A DNA stretch of 63,361 nucleotides, filler included. It is 12 parts of 12 records of this genome, joined end to end, with 100 filler letters (N's around TTAATTAATTAA, not from the genome) between each part and the next. Parts side by side here need not be neighbours in the genome. Positions count along the whole stretch, not along the records: positions 10,268 to 13,838 come from SRR7504441_16465; positions 13,939 to 17,480 come from SRR7504441_16474; positions 17,581 to 24,970 come from SRR7504441_16477; 9 more parts are not named here. One strand, given 5' to 3'. The translations under genes and the position numbers were made by a program. The notes beneath the pieces were generated by a model, which did no database searches, was not told the DNA's origin, and saw nothing but the letters and a program-made list of their open reading frames with translations. Shown here piece after piece: positions 12,473-24,689 of this stretch; position 1 is the first letter of the stretch; every line of letters starts with the position of its first letter.

Positions 12473-13816
12473 ATGAAGCTGCTGAAGCTCGGCGTGCTGC
12501 TCGGGCTCGTAGCGGCGGCCGAGGCTTACGTAGCCGACTGCCGGGCCAGACCCGACGCACTCACCGCCGCCCGAGACGCCATCCGGGCCACCCGCCGCTC
12601 CCTGGCCGAGCCGGCGACGGTGCGCGTGGTCGGGCTGTGCCGGCTCAACCAGTCCCTGGAGCTTGGGCCTTTAGACCAAAACATCCGTTGGGAAGGCGGC
12701 GGCTTGAGCGGCGCGGTCCCGCTCTCGGGATGGCGCCGGCTGGCCCCGGCCTCCTGTGCCGGCTGCGGCTGGGTTTGGACCACTGAGCTCCCGGCGGGCG
12801 TCGCGGGGGCCCGGCAGCTCTGGGTGGACGGCGTGAGAGCCAACCGGACCACGATGCGGTTCCCGCAGGCCGGAGCGGCCAAGACGGCCACGGGGCTCAA
12901 CACGTCAATCGGGGCCAGCTGGAGCCGCCCTGAGGCAGTTGAATTAGTCTACGCTGGGCAACAGTTCTGCCTGGGGACTCCGCTGAGCCAGCCGTCCTCT
13001 CCTAACTTCTTCACGTGGCAGCGGATCCCGGTCAAAGCGGCCGGACCCGCATCGCTGGTGCTTTCCGCAACGGCATTGTCGCACGTGCCTTTGATCCCAA
13101 GACAAGCTGAGCTCGGGCTGCCGTGCTGGGCTGAGAACATTTATGAATTACTCGGGGATAACGCCACAGGTAGTCCGGGCGACTACTATCACGATATACC
13201 GGCCCGGAGGGTGTACTATGTCGCCCCGGTGCCGCCGGTGGGGGCGGTGCTGCCTCAGGTGATAGTAGCACTAGTATTAATAGCAGCAGTAGCGCTAGTG
13301 GTAATAGCAGCTGTAGTAGCACTAGCAGCTGCAGTGGCACTATTCAGGGGCTCTGACCCTGTCCGCCAGCTCACCACTTTAGTCAAGATCACCAACACGA
13401 CAAACGTCACCTTTGCCAACACGACCTTCGAGCACTCCACCTGGCAGTTTGGCGACGACGGCTACACCCAAATCCAAGCTGGATGCACCAACCGCAAAGA
13501 CCGGCTCGCCCGGTGGGAGGGCGCCGACCCTGCCACAGCGTGCCTGCCCACCCCGGCGGCCGTCGAGGTGGTCGGCTCGCGGGGAATTGGGTTTGAGCAG
13601 TGCCGGTTTGGTAATCTTGGGACCTCTGGTCTGCATTATCATGGCGGGTCGCATAAAGGGTCTGTAACTCGGAGTGATTTCAACGACATATCCGGATCGG
13701 CCGTGCTGTTTGGATCTGTGGATAGCTACAACGTATCGGACCCGTTGCTGCAAGATGCCGGACTCACAGTGGCGGATAGCGTCATCTCCAACGTGGGGCA
13801 CGAATACCCAGGTAAC
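12473..13816 (+). CDS. Secreted right-handed beta-helix protein (GH141-like), 3'-partial; probable intron 13259-13369
   Basis: Signal peptide MKLLKLGVLLGLVAAAEA; RQLWVDGVRA, ENIYELL..PGDYY, F..LG, DISGSAV. Confidence 0.75.
13259..13345 (+). repeat. Degenerate (tag/cag)n microsatellite inside a probable intron
   Basis: gtgatagtagcactagtattaatagcagcagtagcgctagtggtaatagcagctgtagtagcactagcagc. Confidence 0.8.
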
Positions 13817-13838
13817 TGACAAATCTGTGGCCTGAGAG

Positions 13839-13938
13839 NNNNNNNNNNNNNNNNNNNNNNNNNNNNNNNNNNNNNNNNNNNNTTAATTAATTAANNNNNN
13901 NNNNNNNNNNNNNNNNNNNNNNNNNNNNNNNNNNNNNN
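13839..13938. other. Artificial contig linker
   Basis: N44-TTAATTAATTAA-N44. Confidence 0.99.
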
Positions 13939-16509
13939 GAAGTCCGCCCTATGAGCTTTCTCCATGATCTTGGTATTGAAGCCTCCGTATACATCCTGCC
14001 AGGTTGGGAACTCCATGCCACCGATTAAAGCACCTGAAACCAGTAGGTCAAGCAGTGTCGGCACAGGCGTGATTGCCTATGCGCATCAGCCCGAAGAAGC
14101 TGTCCACCAGCGCAAGTCCGACCATGAGAATGAGCACCACGATGGCACCAGCCGCTGCATTGCCTGGAGAACGGCTCACTACTTGCACTGGCAGGCAAGT
14201 TCACCCATATGAGACGCCGCCTCTGGTAAGGGCTTGAGGACTGGAAGCTTGGTAGACACGATGTTTGTGATACTATTTAGCCATCCTTGTTAGCACTGCT
14301 CAACCGGCAAGCTCACCTCCAGTAATCGTAGTTGTCAACGAAAAAAGCACAGACCAATGCAAGAGCACACAACCCAGCAAATGTGGTGAGGAGCACTTGT
14401 GTAGAATGTCCCAGCTCGTTGTAGATTGATTCGTGCATGCGGTACAGCAAAGCTCCGTACACCTACAGGTGAGGGCAATGAGGCTGCACTCGTGGTTTGA
14501 CATTCTTATTCAGCTGGACTCACCACCGCAGCAAGTAGAATGGCCGCTAGTACCAGTGCTGTCAGCCCAGCCCCTTGTGGAAATGCAATGTACACGACTG
14601 TCGCAACCAGAAAAGCCGCGCCACCAACAGCAATCATCCCAGCCAAGTACTTTGCTGCCTCGATCGTCCCACTCGGGATGAGCATTGCCCGCAAAGCCAT
14701 GGTGGCCCTTCAGAATGATCAGTCCAAGCTCAATCAGCGCTCCAACCTGAATAGATAGTAGGAGCATACGACAAAGTATGCTGTGGTAAACCCAAAGTTG
14801 ACCTGGCAGACCCTCAGACCATTCCATCGGGAGGGCACCCAGCGATAGCCAGGCACAAACACGAGCAGCGACTTGGCGTTTGAGGTGAGCCAAAAGTGGT
14901 GCTGGAGTAAATACCTGCCAGGTATCACATGATGAGCCAGCCAGACCGACTCACGTCTCGAGCGTGATCTTGCCCATCTGAACCAACATGTTGAGATTGT
15001 ATCCTCGAAGGAAAGTCGAGCAGTTTCGATAGTAGATGTAGGACACAAGCGGTACAATGAATGTGTATGGATGCAGAGCGTTGTAAGTGAACTTAGGGAG
15101 CGGGTACACAAAGAATAGCTGCAGCTGCGAGTCAGCCCGCGGCAGGCACAGTCACGCACCCAGAGCGCAAATGCGGCCCCGAACAGGCCGGCCAGGCCGA
15201 GCTTGACCTGGAGCTGCTTGGCACTCTCAAGATCCTCCACCCGAGCAAGCCACTGGGTGAGCATCTGGCCACCCCCGTGAGAGCCTGAACGGCCAGCAAC
15301 GGACCGGGAAGTTGAGAGCAAACAGCATCCCGAAGGCGCTGTCCCAGTGGTCGAGGCTGGACCGGAAGTGCCACTCGTGACTTATCCCGTACTTCGCACC
15401 TGCACACAGCTGAGCTCGGGACGGGCAGAGCGCACACCGAGCTGCGCATGGGTGGGCAGCCAGCCCCAGACGTACGGCCAGACAAAATCCAGATCCCAGA
15501 CCACAAACAGCAGCACGAACAGCACCAGCATCTTGATCTTGATCCCGTTCTCGGTGTGGTTGAGGCCTTCCAGCACCCGCATGAACACGAACACCACCAG
15601 GAAGAAGAACGTGTGCAGCGGGCAAATGTAGTACAGAATGTAAGTGTTGTTCATCGCCAGGCAGAGCCAGAATACCGAGAAGTTGAGCCGCCACATCATA
15701 GACCTGCCGCCCGCTCCTGCCCGGCCAGCCAGCTCGCGCGACCAGAATCTGACGAACGAGAAGTCGCGCTTGGTGTAGAAGAAGGAGAAGTTGCCAAACC
15801 CGGTCATCCACACGTAGCACGAGATGTACACCCGGATCAAGTTGTACGTCTGCTCCTGCACGCAGTTCTGCCGGCCCAGGGGCGGCAGGCTTGCCTGGTG
15901 CATGTAGTGGTACATGAGGAACTGCATCTGCATCCAGCCCTTCCACTCCTCGGTCTGGTTCCGGTTGAGCACGCCGGAGTCGCTGGTCTTGCCGGCGGTG
16001 GTCAGCGCCACCAGCACGAACAGCACGCTCAAGAAGATGAACCAGTCCAGGTCCGGCTTCTTATGCCCGCGCGGGAAGAGCGGACAGTACTCATTGATCC
16101 AGCCCATCAACAGGATCAGCCCTGGCCCGCCCGCTCCCGCCTGGCGGCGGGCCCACTCACCCACGACGCTGGCCTGCCGGAGCAGCAGCGTCACTGAGGG
16201 CAGGTTGGACTCCAGCTTGGAGTACCGGCCCTCCTGTGCCGCCACGTACAGCGGGTGCAGCCTGTGCGTCGCAGGCTCATCCAGGACCGACGACTCGGCC
16301 GCCTCGGCGTCCGCAATCGGCTGCACCTCGTCCGAGGTTGCCGTGTCATGCACCTCCTTGGAGCAAAGCCGGCGAGCCGCCCGCGGGATGGCGTCGAGGC
16401 AGAGCCAGAGGAGTACGACCGCCCCGAAGAGCACCGCCACGAACACGGTGCCCAAGGGCAGCGGGGACATGCTGCTCATATCCAGCGGAGTGGGAATCTT
16501 CACTGCCAT
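13939..16509 (-). CDS. Cas1p/CASD1/RWA-family O-acetyltransferase with extra C-terminal TM region, 3'-partial, many introns
   Basis: LNRNQTEEWKGWMQMQFLMYHY, YVWMTGFGNF, YILYYICPLHT, EWHFRSSLDHW, YLLQHHFWL. Confidence 0.92.
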
Positions 16510-16901
16510 CGCTGCACGATATCGACGCACGATCTGTGATCTCGAAGCAGTGAGAACTGCACTGACAGCTGACTGAGTATTTACAAGTACTTCGCAGACT
16601 TCGAGTAGTGGCCTAGTACTTACGTAGTCTAAGAATGATTATTAAGCCCACGACCTAGATACGGAGATGGTCTCTAACCCATTCCAAAACGTTAGAAGGA
16701 TGTAAGTGTACTTGTGCTTGTGTTGACCGTACCGTACATATAAAAATTATTGCCTGTTTAACTAACGTAGTCAGTAGAGGATGCTAGCTACCTGCCCCTA
16801 CCGGCTCATCTTGATCACTTGCGCTCCTCGTTGCTTCCATGGCGTCTAGAGCCTCGCTAGACGGCTCGTCGAGTATGCTCTCGTATTCAGATGTACAATC
16901 A

Positions 16902-17480
16902 CTAGTGATGCAGGAGAGCATTGCCTCTCGGTTCAGCAACAATGAGGTTCCCATGTTCGTCGACCTTATCGTTTCCTTCAATGTCATCAAGTAGATTTTG
17001 AACGCGCTTAATAATGGCCTGAACTAATGCTGACACTGCAAGCAGTGCTCCCGCGGGTCCAGACATTAAAATGTGGAAGTCGCTGGCCATAGCAGCTATT
17101 CCCAGAAGAATTAAAATAACCATGAGCAGCACTGCAATCATATTGTATAGTGCAGTTTCGACAGCAATCTCTTTGTAGTCCCAAATTGCGGCTGTTGGGC
17201 AGCTAGAAGATCCTGATCCTCAACCTCCAGCTTGACGCGCCCACCAAACCACACCCGTCCACCCGGGGAGAGCATCACCGCTGGACTATCAGCAGGAGAC
17301 GTACCACCTTGATGTGCTTGGCGTATTGGCTTCATAGCTTTTTCTAGTTCTTGTTTTTCGTCGGAATCTAGGAAACCAAGAGCTTCCTTCCTTTCTTGGC
17401 GATCCATTGCCACTAAGATTGTTGCAGCTACACATGCGGCATCTGCTTTCCTGATCTCATCCATATGCTCTTCTGCATCA
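16902..17480 (-). CDS. Hypothetical membrane protein, C-terminal fragment
   Basis: Open from contig edge; hydrophobic segments after a probable short intron. Confidence 0.45.
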
Positions 17481-17580
17481 NNNNNNNNNNNNNNNNNNNN
17501 NNNNNNNNNNNNNNNNNNNNNNNNTTAATTAATTAANNNNNNNNNNNNNNNNNNNNNNNNNNNNNNNNNNNNNNNNNNNN
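17481..17580. other. Artificial contig linker
   Basis: N44-TTAATTAATTAA-N44. Confidence 0.99.
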
Positions 17581-17791
17581 CCCCCCCCCCCCCCCCCTTC
17601 CTGCTAGGAGTCCCCTTTCTAAAACTCGTCGATGCCATACAGTGCAACGGCGTGTTTCGCTGGGGGATAGACTAACCGCCCTGCTTTTGAGAAAGGAGCC
17701 GCGCCGGTTGCGCCGCCCCTGGTACTGCATGGCTACACACAACCCCCGCCCTTTGATTGGCATGATAGGACTCTGTAACGGCTCGTGGCAG

Positions 17792-20061
17792 GCTGGTCCA
17801 GTAAAATCCTGCCGTTGATCGCCGAGCTGGCCGAGGCGAACGCGTCGGAGGGGGGTGGGGTGATCGTGGTTTGTGCGGACAAGGACGCTGAGACGATGGA
17901 CTCACTGCTCGAGGTGGAGATGGTGTCTTAATATACATAACTAAACCCGGCCTAATCGGCAGGGCTGAGCCAGGTGCGCTGAGCCAGCTTGGCCAGTATA
18001 TGGCTGGCTCAACGCATCTGTGAACAGCCTTGCTAGTTAGGGCATCGCTGTTGCTGATTGTGTCGCCCCGAGTAGCTGGTGTCTTTCGTTGTCCGACGCA
18101 CTGACATTTTGTCCCTGAGCAGGAAGCAAATCAAGTCGACCTTAAAGGCTCGACAGTCATGTGCAGGCACCGCTCTTTCTGGCTGATCGAATCCGCTGAT
18201 CTGCTGCAATGCAGACAAATCTCTCTCTGCTCTGAAACGGACTTGCGGACGGTATCAGTTACATCAGCCAAGAGCATTATCATCCTCGCCGAATCGGACA
18301 TTGAATCGGACGCTTCCGATGCCCAGGTCTGTCCCGCGTGAGGTCGGGTTTTGAAGGCCGGCAGGTGCTGCGTACGATGCTTACAGTGATGGCGTTTGAA
18401 GATAAGCTCTCTGGACATATTGTAGTCGAGCTGTGTGACATCGACAACAAGACGCACGTGCAGCTGATAGGAGGGGAGCACGTGGAGGTGGTCTGCTCTC
18501 ACGACATCCTTGGGCGGTGCCTCTTGCCCGAATGTGCAGCAATTGATCCTCCGGTTGCAGCATGATGGTGCTTGGAGCAGTGACTCGCGGGCTCAGCGGA
18601 GTTTACGATCAGCTGTTGGGATTCGAGGGACAGGAATTTTACGACGAGGAGTGGCCTCAGCTGCATGGCAAGGAGTTTGGTGAGGCTGTATTCTGGTTTG
18701 AGAGTGCAGTGCTGTGTGGGATTATCAAAGAGGATGGCGGCACCTTTATCAACCCTGAAGATAGCACCGTGATCCAGCCGGGCGACAGAATGCTGGTGAG
18801 CCTAATAAGCAAATTACCAGCTGGTCGCCTTCTGATCAGATGATCTCTGTCAGGTCTTGGCGGAAGACGACAGCACGTACACGGTGTCGAATAAAAGCCA
18901 CTCGCCCGGGACCGCATATGAAGCGTACATTCGAGGCGGCTGGGTCCACGATAGGGTGAGTGAGGAGGCGGTGACGAACGATTATCTCTTCTGCGGGTGG
19001 CGTCGGGACATTGGGGACATGATCTTGCTGTTGGACGAGTTTGTGCATCAGGGTTCCACACTCACTATCATGTGCGAGACTGAGATAGCAGAGCGTGAGG
19101 CCTCGTTCCGTTGGCAAGGCCGTGACATGTCCAAGCTGTTGAACTTGGAGGTCAAGCACGTGGTAGGCAATCCGACCATCCGGCACCACCTGGAACAACT
19201 GAATCTGAGCAAGTTTTGCTCAATTATGATCCTCGGTGATGAGCACGAGAGCAACGCGCGGGATTCGGACGCTCACACCATCGCCACAATGCTGCTCATT
19301 AGGGACATTCAGAGCAACCAACACTTTGGGGATTTGGCCGGGTCCGAGAAAGGCATGCGCTCACCAAGTCAGCGGGGCGATAAGATGGTGATGCACCAGT
19401 CGCAGATGTGGTTTGACCGTGCCCAGGCACGTTGCGCTTATTAGGAAGGTTGACGGGCAAGCGACTGAGTGGGTGGGGGGCAGTCTCTCGGGCTGCACGC
19501 CAAGATTGCTTGCGAGATCTTAGAGAGCCATACCAAGCGGCTGCAGACGTTGCAGAGTGTTTCGGATTATATAATGAGTCATGAGATGCTATCCAAGTAC
19601 ATTGCTATGGTGGCCGAGAATAGGAAAGTGCACAAGGTGCTTCACTCGCCCATCGACGAGCGTTTAGTCTCTAATCAGCAAGGCAGGTGCTGGAGGAGCT
19701 ATTCTCATCGGTCGGCAATGAAGTTTACCTCCGGTCTGCTGACCTGTACGTGCGGCCCGAAGAGCAGGTCACGCCACTCCGATCCCTTACCTATCTGACC
19801 ACTCGCCAACAGATGAGCTTCTGGGATCTGACAGTTCGTGCGCGCGCAAGGTGCGCTACTCATTTAGGCAGGCGTTGACTGCTGAGCAGGGGAGAAATTT
19901 TGCTCGGCTACCGAGTACTTGAGGCTGATCCAGATGGGGGGAGGCCGGTCCAGACAATTGTGCTCAACCCGGCGGCTGAGAGCCGGAACGAGCTTATGGG
20001 ATGGCATGATGACAAGGCGGTGGAGTTTATTGTGCTGGCGCAGGACGACGAAGTGTTGTGA
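17792..20061 (+). CDS. CASTOR/POLLUX (DMI1)-like cation channel, RCK region, 5'-partial, about 9 introns
   Basis: GWSSKILPLIAELAEANASEGGGVIVV, DLRTVSVTSAKSIIILA, GHIVVELCDIDN, LLGFEGQEFY, LAEDDSTY, LFCGWRRDIGDMI, LLIRDIQ. Confidence 0.9.
17951..18041 (+). ncRNA. Candidate intronic stem-loop RNA (pre-miRNA-like)
   Basis: About 34 bp paired (several G-U) within the 209-nt intron 17914-18122. Confidence 0.4.
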
Positions 20062-20139
20062 CAGGTGCACAAGCTAATTCGGAGTCTCAATTTTTCATGA
20101 GTTTTTTTATTATCATTGTATTGAATTTAGCTATTATCA

Positions 20140-20396
20140 TTATTTTCTATACATTTGAGCTGCCAGAAGCACAAGGTACCACCGACTCGAGTGCGACGTG
20201 CAGTACAACTGTTGTACTCGAGTGCGACGTGCGACGTGCAGTACACCAACACCGGCACATGGGCGCTCGCTAGCCAATTGAATGACCGCGCAGAGCTCAC
20301 CCACGCGGTGCCAGGTTCGTGGGTGAAGAGGTCGATCGGTGTCCCGACGGCCAGCTGCAGCGGGCAGAGCGGCAGCACGGCAGGCTCCGCCTGCAT
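20140..20396 (-). CDS. Possible small protein (~70 aa) with intron 20209-20252
   Basis: ATG head-to-head with the VPS8-like gene; GT..AG 44-nt intron; ends in an AT-rich convergent spacer. Confidence 0.3.
20185..20245. repeat. Direct repeat actcgagtgcgacgtgc(agtaca) x2 around the inverted repeat agtacaac-t-gttgtact
   Basis: Read directly from the sequence. Confidence 0.85.
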
Positions 20397-20464
20397 TGCT
20401 CTGTCCGCCGACGGGCAGATCTTCGTTTCGGTTGGCGCGGCGGCCTGCAGCGCTTGGCGGCAGG

Positions 20465-23400
20465 ATGGCCGGGGCTTTGGACGAGCTGCTCCGGGCCGGG
20501 CTGCCGGGCACGCCGCTGCTGCTGGACCCGCAGGCCCTGGCCCCGCGCCAGGCCCCGGCCGAACTGCTCGCCGGCATGTTCCAGCCGACCGAGACCGCCG
20601 CGGGGCCCACCAGCTCGCCTTGCGAGCCGCTGGCCTCGCCGGGGGGCGCTCCCCCGCAGCTTCAGCCCACCCCGGAGCCCCCGCCAGCTGATCCGGTCGA
20701 GCCGGCCCCGGGGTTGGTCCAGCTGGGCGGTGCGCTCGAGCCCGTGACCGAGGGGCTGGCCGGGGAGCGGGTGTCGGCCTGCTGCTGCCAGCAGGGGGAA
20801 CTGTTTCTGGGCACCCTCGACGGAACAGTCCACGTATTCCCGGCGCCACGCACCGAGGCCGGCCGGCAGTACCGCGGGATCAGCCCTACGGCTGTGGTGG
20901 GGCTCGGCCTGTCGCCGGCTGCCCGGGTCCGTATGCGGCTGCTAGCAGTGCTGCATCAGAGCGGGCTGCTCTGGCTGCTTCAGATCCAGACCGGCCGCTG
21001 TGTGGTCTCTATCGAGCCGCCGCAGCTGCCGCTGACGGTAGAGGCGGCTGGGCTCTGCTGGGCGACTAGTAGCACGATGCTGGTGATCGACAAGTCCAGG
21101 CAATCGTGCTGGTGTCAGGCGCAGCGGCGGTTCCAGATATGGCAGTCGGCAGCGGGACGGCTGGGGATGCCGCGAGTGCACGCGATGGCCGCGGCGCCGG
21201 GCGGTGAGGGGGTGGTGGCTGTGGTGCAGGAGGGCGAAGGGGGGGGCGAGGTGCAGTTGATGAGGGTGACGGACGCCGGACCGGCTAGGCGGCAAATGCC
21301 GCGGCCGGTGGGCGGCCCGGCTTCTGTGGAAGGGGTGCTGGGGGTGTGGACTCAGCTCAGCTGGTGGGAAGATCCAGCCATGTTGGCAGTCGGGTGTGGC
21401 AGTTGGCTCAGTCTTCTGTCAGTCGACAATTCGACCAAGCGTGTCGAGCCGTTGTTGCGGTTACAGATGGATGGAGTGCTTAGGGGGGTGTGGTGGGCCT
21501 CTCCGCAGGCAGTGCTAGTCGCCACTCGAACGGGATACCTCCAAACAGTGCACTGTGACACGACTGCTAACTGGGCTAGCTTCGCCGCGCTGGCCTCGGT
21601 GGCACAAGCTGAGTTTGAGCGGTCAGTAGCGGCGGTGGCGGCAGTTCCACCGATCCCTTTGCCCGTTCCACTGGTGGCCGAGGCGCGTAACAGTCAGGTG
21701 CTGCTACCGGACCGGTCAGCCTTGCTTGTGGGGCACACGGGGGTGTGCACGGCGCATGTGTTGTCCTGGCAGCAACGGGTTGATCACCAGATTGCAGCAA
21801 ACCAGTGGCCGGAGGCCTTCTCACTGGTGGTAGACTTGTGGCGGAAGAGCCAGCCCAGCCTCGCTCAGCCTGCGATCGACTTGGTGGCTTGCTAGTTACA
21901 CCGACGACTGACTAAATAACAGGTGCACTTACAGCAGTTGTTATGGCGGTTTATTGACTGGGCGCTCGAGCACCGGACGGCCGGCTGGGCCGCTCGGACA
22001 GCGATTCAATTCTGTTGCCAGGCGGGTTGACCGACGCTTGATTCTTGACCGATTGTGGCAGGTGGGCACGGGCTCGATGAAATCTCTGGTGACACACGAG
22101 CTGCACGACCGTTTTGCGAGGGATGATCAACTCGCCGCCTACTTCACCGCGCTGTTAGAGGCAGCGTTAGAGGGCGAGTTGCGACGGGTGCCGATTCCAC
22201 TGCTCGTGGCAATGGTGGCTGACGAGGCTCTGGACGGGGAGATGATTGATAGAGCTGTGGTAATGCTGGAAAGGCCGGACACAACGAGCATGCGCAGCTG
22301 TGAGCAGCTGCTGACTGTAGTGCAGAGTTGCACCAGGCGAGGACTACTGCTCGCCCATTGGCACGTGTGCGTGCAATGGCTTGATGACTGGTTGGCCCCA
22401 TCGCAGCTACTGCTGAGCACGCCTGGGGCCGACGAAGCGCTGCTAGCATATCTTGTCCTCGTCAAGGCACAGGCTCCAGCTGTGACTGCAGCGGCCGTAC
22501 TCGGAGCGTTTGTATCGGACAGCGCAGCATTGGGCGGGTTGCTGCTGTACTCGCCACAGGCCACGTGTCAGCTGTTAGCTGCACACCTGACAGCCACCTC
22601 CGTCCCAAGAGAGCACGTTGTGTTGGTCGCTGCGCACCTGGCAACGCTCACGTCGGCCTCAGCAGCGGTGATGAGCTGTGTCGACTGGTTGCTCGTGACC
22701 ATTGCAGCTAGCGACCCCGACGCACTCAGCTGCGCCACTGTCACCCGGGCGGCGCTCAGTCTCACGAGGCAGCCATCGTCCCGCAAGAATCGCCAGCTGT
22801 TGGCCTGTCTCGCCCAGACTGTCCCGCAGGACCGAGTCGACGAGCAGCTTTTGCTGCCGGCGTTTGAGATGGCCGGAGCGCACGACGCGGCCCAAGTGAT
22901 GTTTGTTCGGCGGAAGGAACCGCGCCGGGCCATTCAGTCCATGCTGCTAGGCTCGGCCCCGCCCCGGGCTCTCACTTACATAACTGCCATCTGCTCGAGC
23001 CCAGACTGCTCGGAACAGACCAAGGAAGAAGTGCTGGAGACTGTCGTGAGTGAGGTGGGCTTAGCAGCGTGCTTGATGTGGCACTGAGCAGTCCAACAGG
23101 TGCGGACGCTGGTGGCAATCTCGCCGCAGTGGCTGGCTCAACTGGTGGCCTCCACCTTTCCTGCAGCCAACCTCCGGATCCTTAACATGCTCGCACGAGC
23201 ACCTGACGACCAATATCGCTACGTGGCAGCTATGACCGAGCTGCAGAGTCAATCGGTGCACACGAGCCAAATCCGTAAGGAGACAGTCACTCGCGCTCTT
23301 GAACTGGCACCTCAATACGCGCCGGCCATGATGATAAAGATCCTCCGAGCCTTTCCGGACGATTATGACCTGCAGATGGCTCTCTCACTTGCCCAGCTGC

Positions 23401-24619
23401 ATAGAGTGCCTCAAGCTGAGGCAATGCTGCTAGAGCGGTGAGGGCTGGCCTGCGAAGGCCGTTCTCACTGTGCGCTAGGTGTGGGGATGACCAAGGCTGC
23501 CTTAGCCTGATGCTTGCAGCACTTGATGACGAGCTCAAGACAGACCCGAATGGGCAGCTCTGGGCCGGGACGGAGCCCTCACTTCGGATGAGCGAGCTGC
23601 CAGACGCATTAACAGATGTGCTCGGTATGTGCGGCCGGGCGGCTATCATGTCGCAGCTCAAGGCTCGGTTTATGCAAGTCCTTGATCACGTGCTCGTCCG
23701 GGCGCCTCCTGCGCACCGGAGCCGGCTGGGTTGTATTGTGGCCGGGCGTCTGATAGATGAATTCGGTATGGAGGCCGACGAAAGTTCTGTGCAATTCGGG
23801 ATGGAAGCTGACGAGAGCTCAGCACTTTCACGGGCAGCTGTGGCGATACAGATAGCGCAGCACGTGACCCGCAAGTTCCGCGACTGCCCGATCGCCGATG
23901 TCGAACCACTGCTGAGTTTGCTGATGAGCGAAGCCAGCAGCACTTTTGAGGCTGTCGAGGTGGTGCTCGAGTCGACTGTTCAGGGGAACATAGCCGGGCA
24001 CGCGATGTGCCAGGCCGGACAAGCCAGGGCGACCCGGCTCTCCGCCCCGTGGAGTTGTGCCGCCTCGGGACAGGACTTTTGCGACTCCGAGGACTCAATC
24101 ATGCGAGTCTACTGGTGTGGACACCTGTACCATCATTCGTGCACCGCATTCAGTGGCAGCGACCGCTGTGCCGTGTGTAAGCCAGACCAGCCAGCCTCTC
24201 GGGCATGCGCCCCGCAGGCACCGTTTGATATTACAACCGACAGCAGGGTTGGCTTGGCCACTGACCGGCTCGCGCAAGTAGCCATCAGCCGGCAGGAGCA
24301 GGAGCTGTACAAGGCCAGGCTTGTGGCTGAGCTGGTCGGCGGGTCGGCGGTTCGGCAGTTGAAACGTACTATTGAGAGCAGAAAACTGATGAGTTTAGAC
24401 TCCCCAGCCGAATCCGAGCGTGGTAGGAGTGCGAGGATTGGCGTACGAAACCCGAAGCAGCCTTTTAGTGAGAGTGATCGCCCTATTTTAGACTCTGTAG
24501 GTGAGGGCGGGACGGAGGTCTGGTCGTGTCCTAGTGAACAAGGTGGAGAGGAAACTGTCGAGTGGTTTCTGCCTGGTGTCCCTTTGGAGCAAGCGGACGA
24601 CGTTGGTACATGCAGCTAA
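20465..24619 (+). CDS. VPS8/VPS41-like tethering-complex subunit (WD-like propeller, helical solenoid, C-terminal RING-H2)
   Basis: LFLGTLDGTVHV, VLSWQQRVDHQIAANQWPEA, YWCGHLYHHSC..CAVC; short introns link the three long ORFs. Confidence 0.7.
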
Positions 24620-24689
24620 TGGCCATTAAAATCTGTAACAAAATCAATGCGAATGTACATTCAAGAAATGATTACTATCTCAAGTCCTG

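Noticed and set aside
13939-16509. Cas1 name suggesting a CRISPR system
   Set aside because: This is the Cas1p/CASD1 acetyltransferase family, unrelated to CRISPR; no repeat-spacer array seen
17581-17597. C homopolymer at contig start (and A-run at 51491-51500)
   Set aside because: Low-complexity assembly break points
23760-23825. FGMEADESS duplication in the VPS8-like gene
   Set aside because: Simple in-frame coding duplication with synonymous divergence
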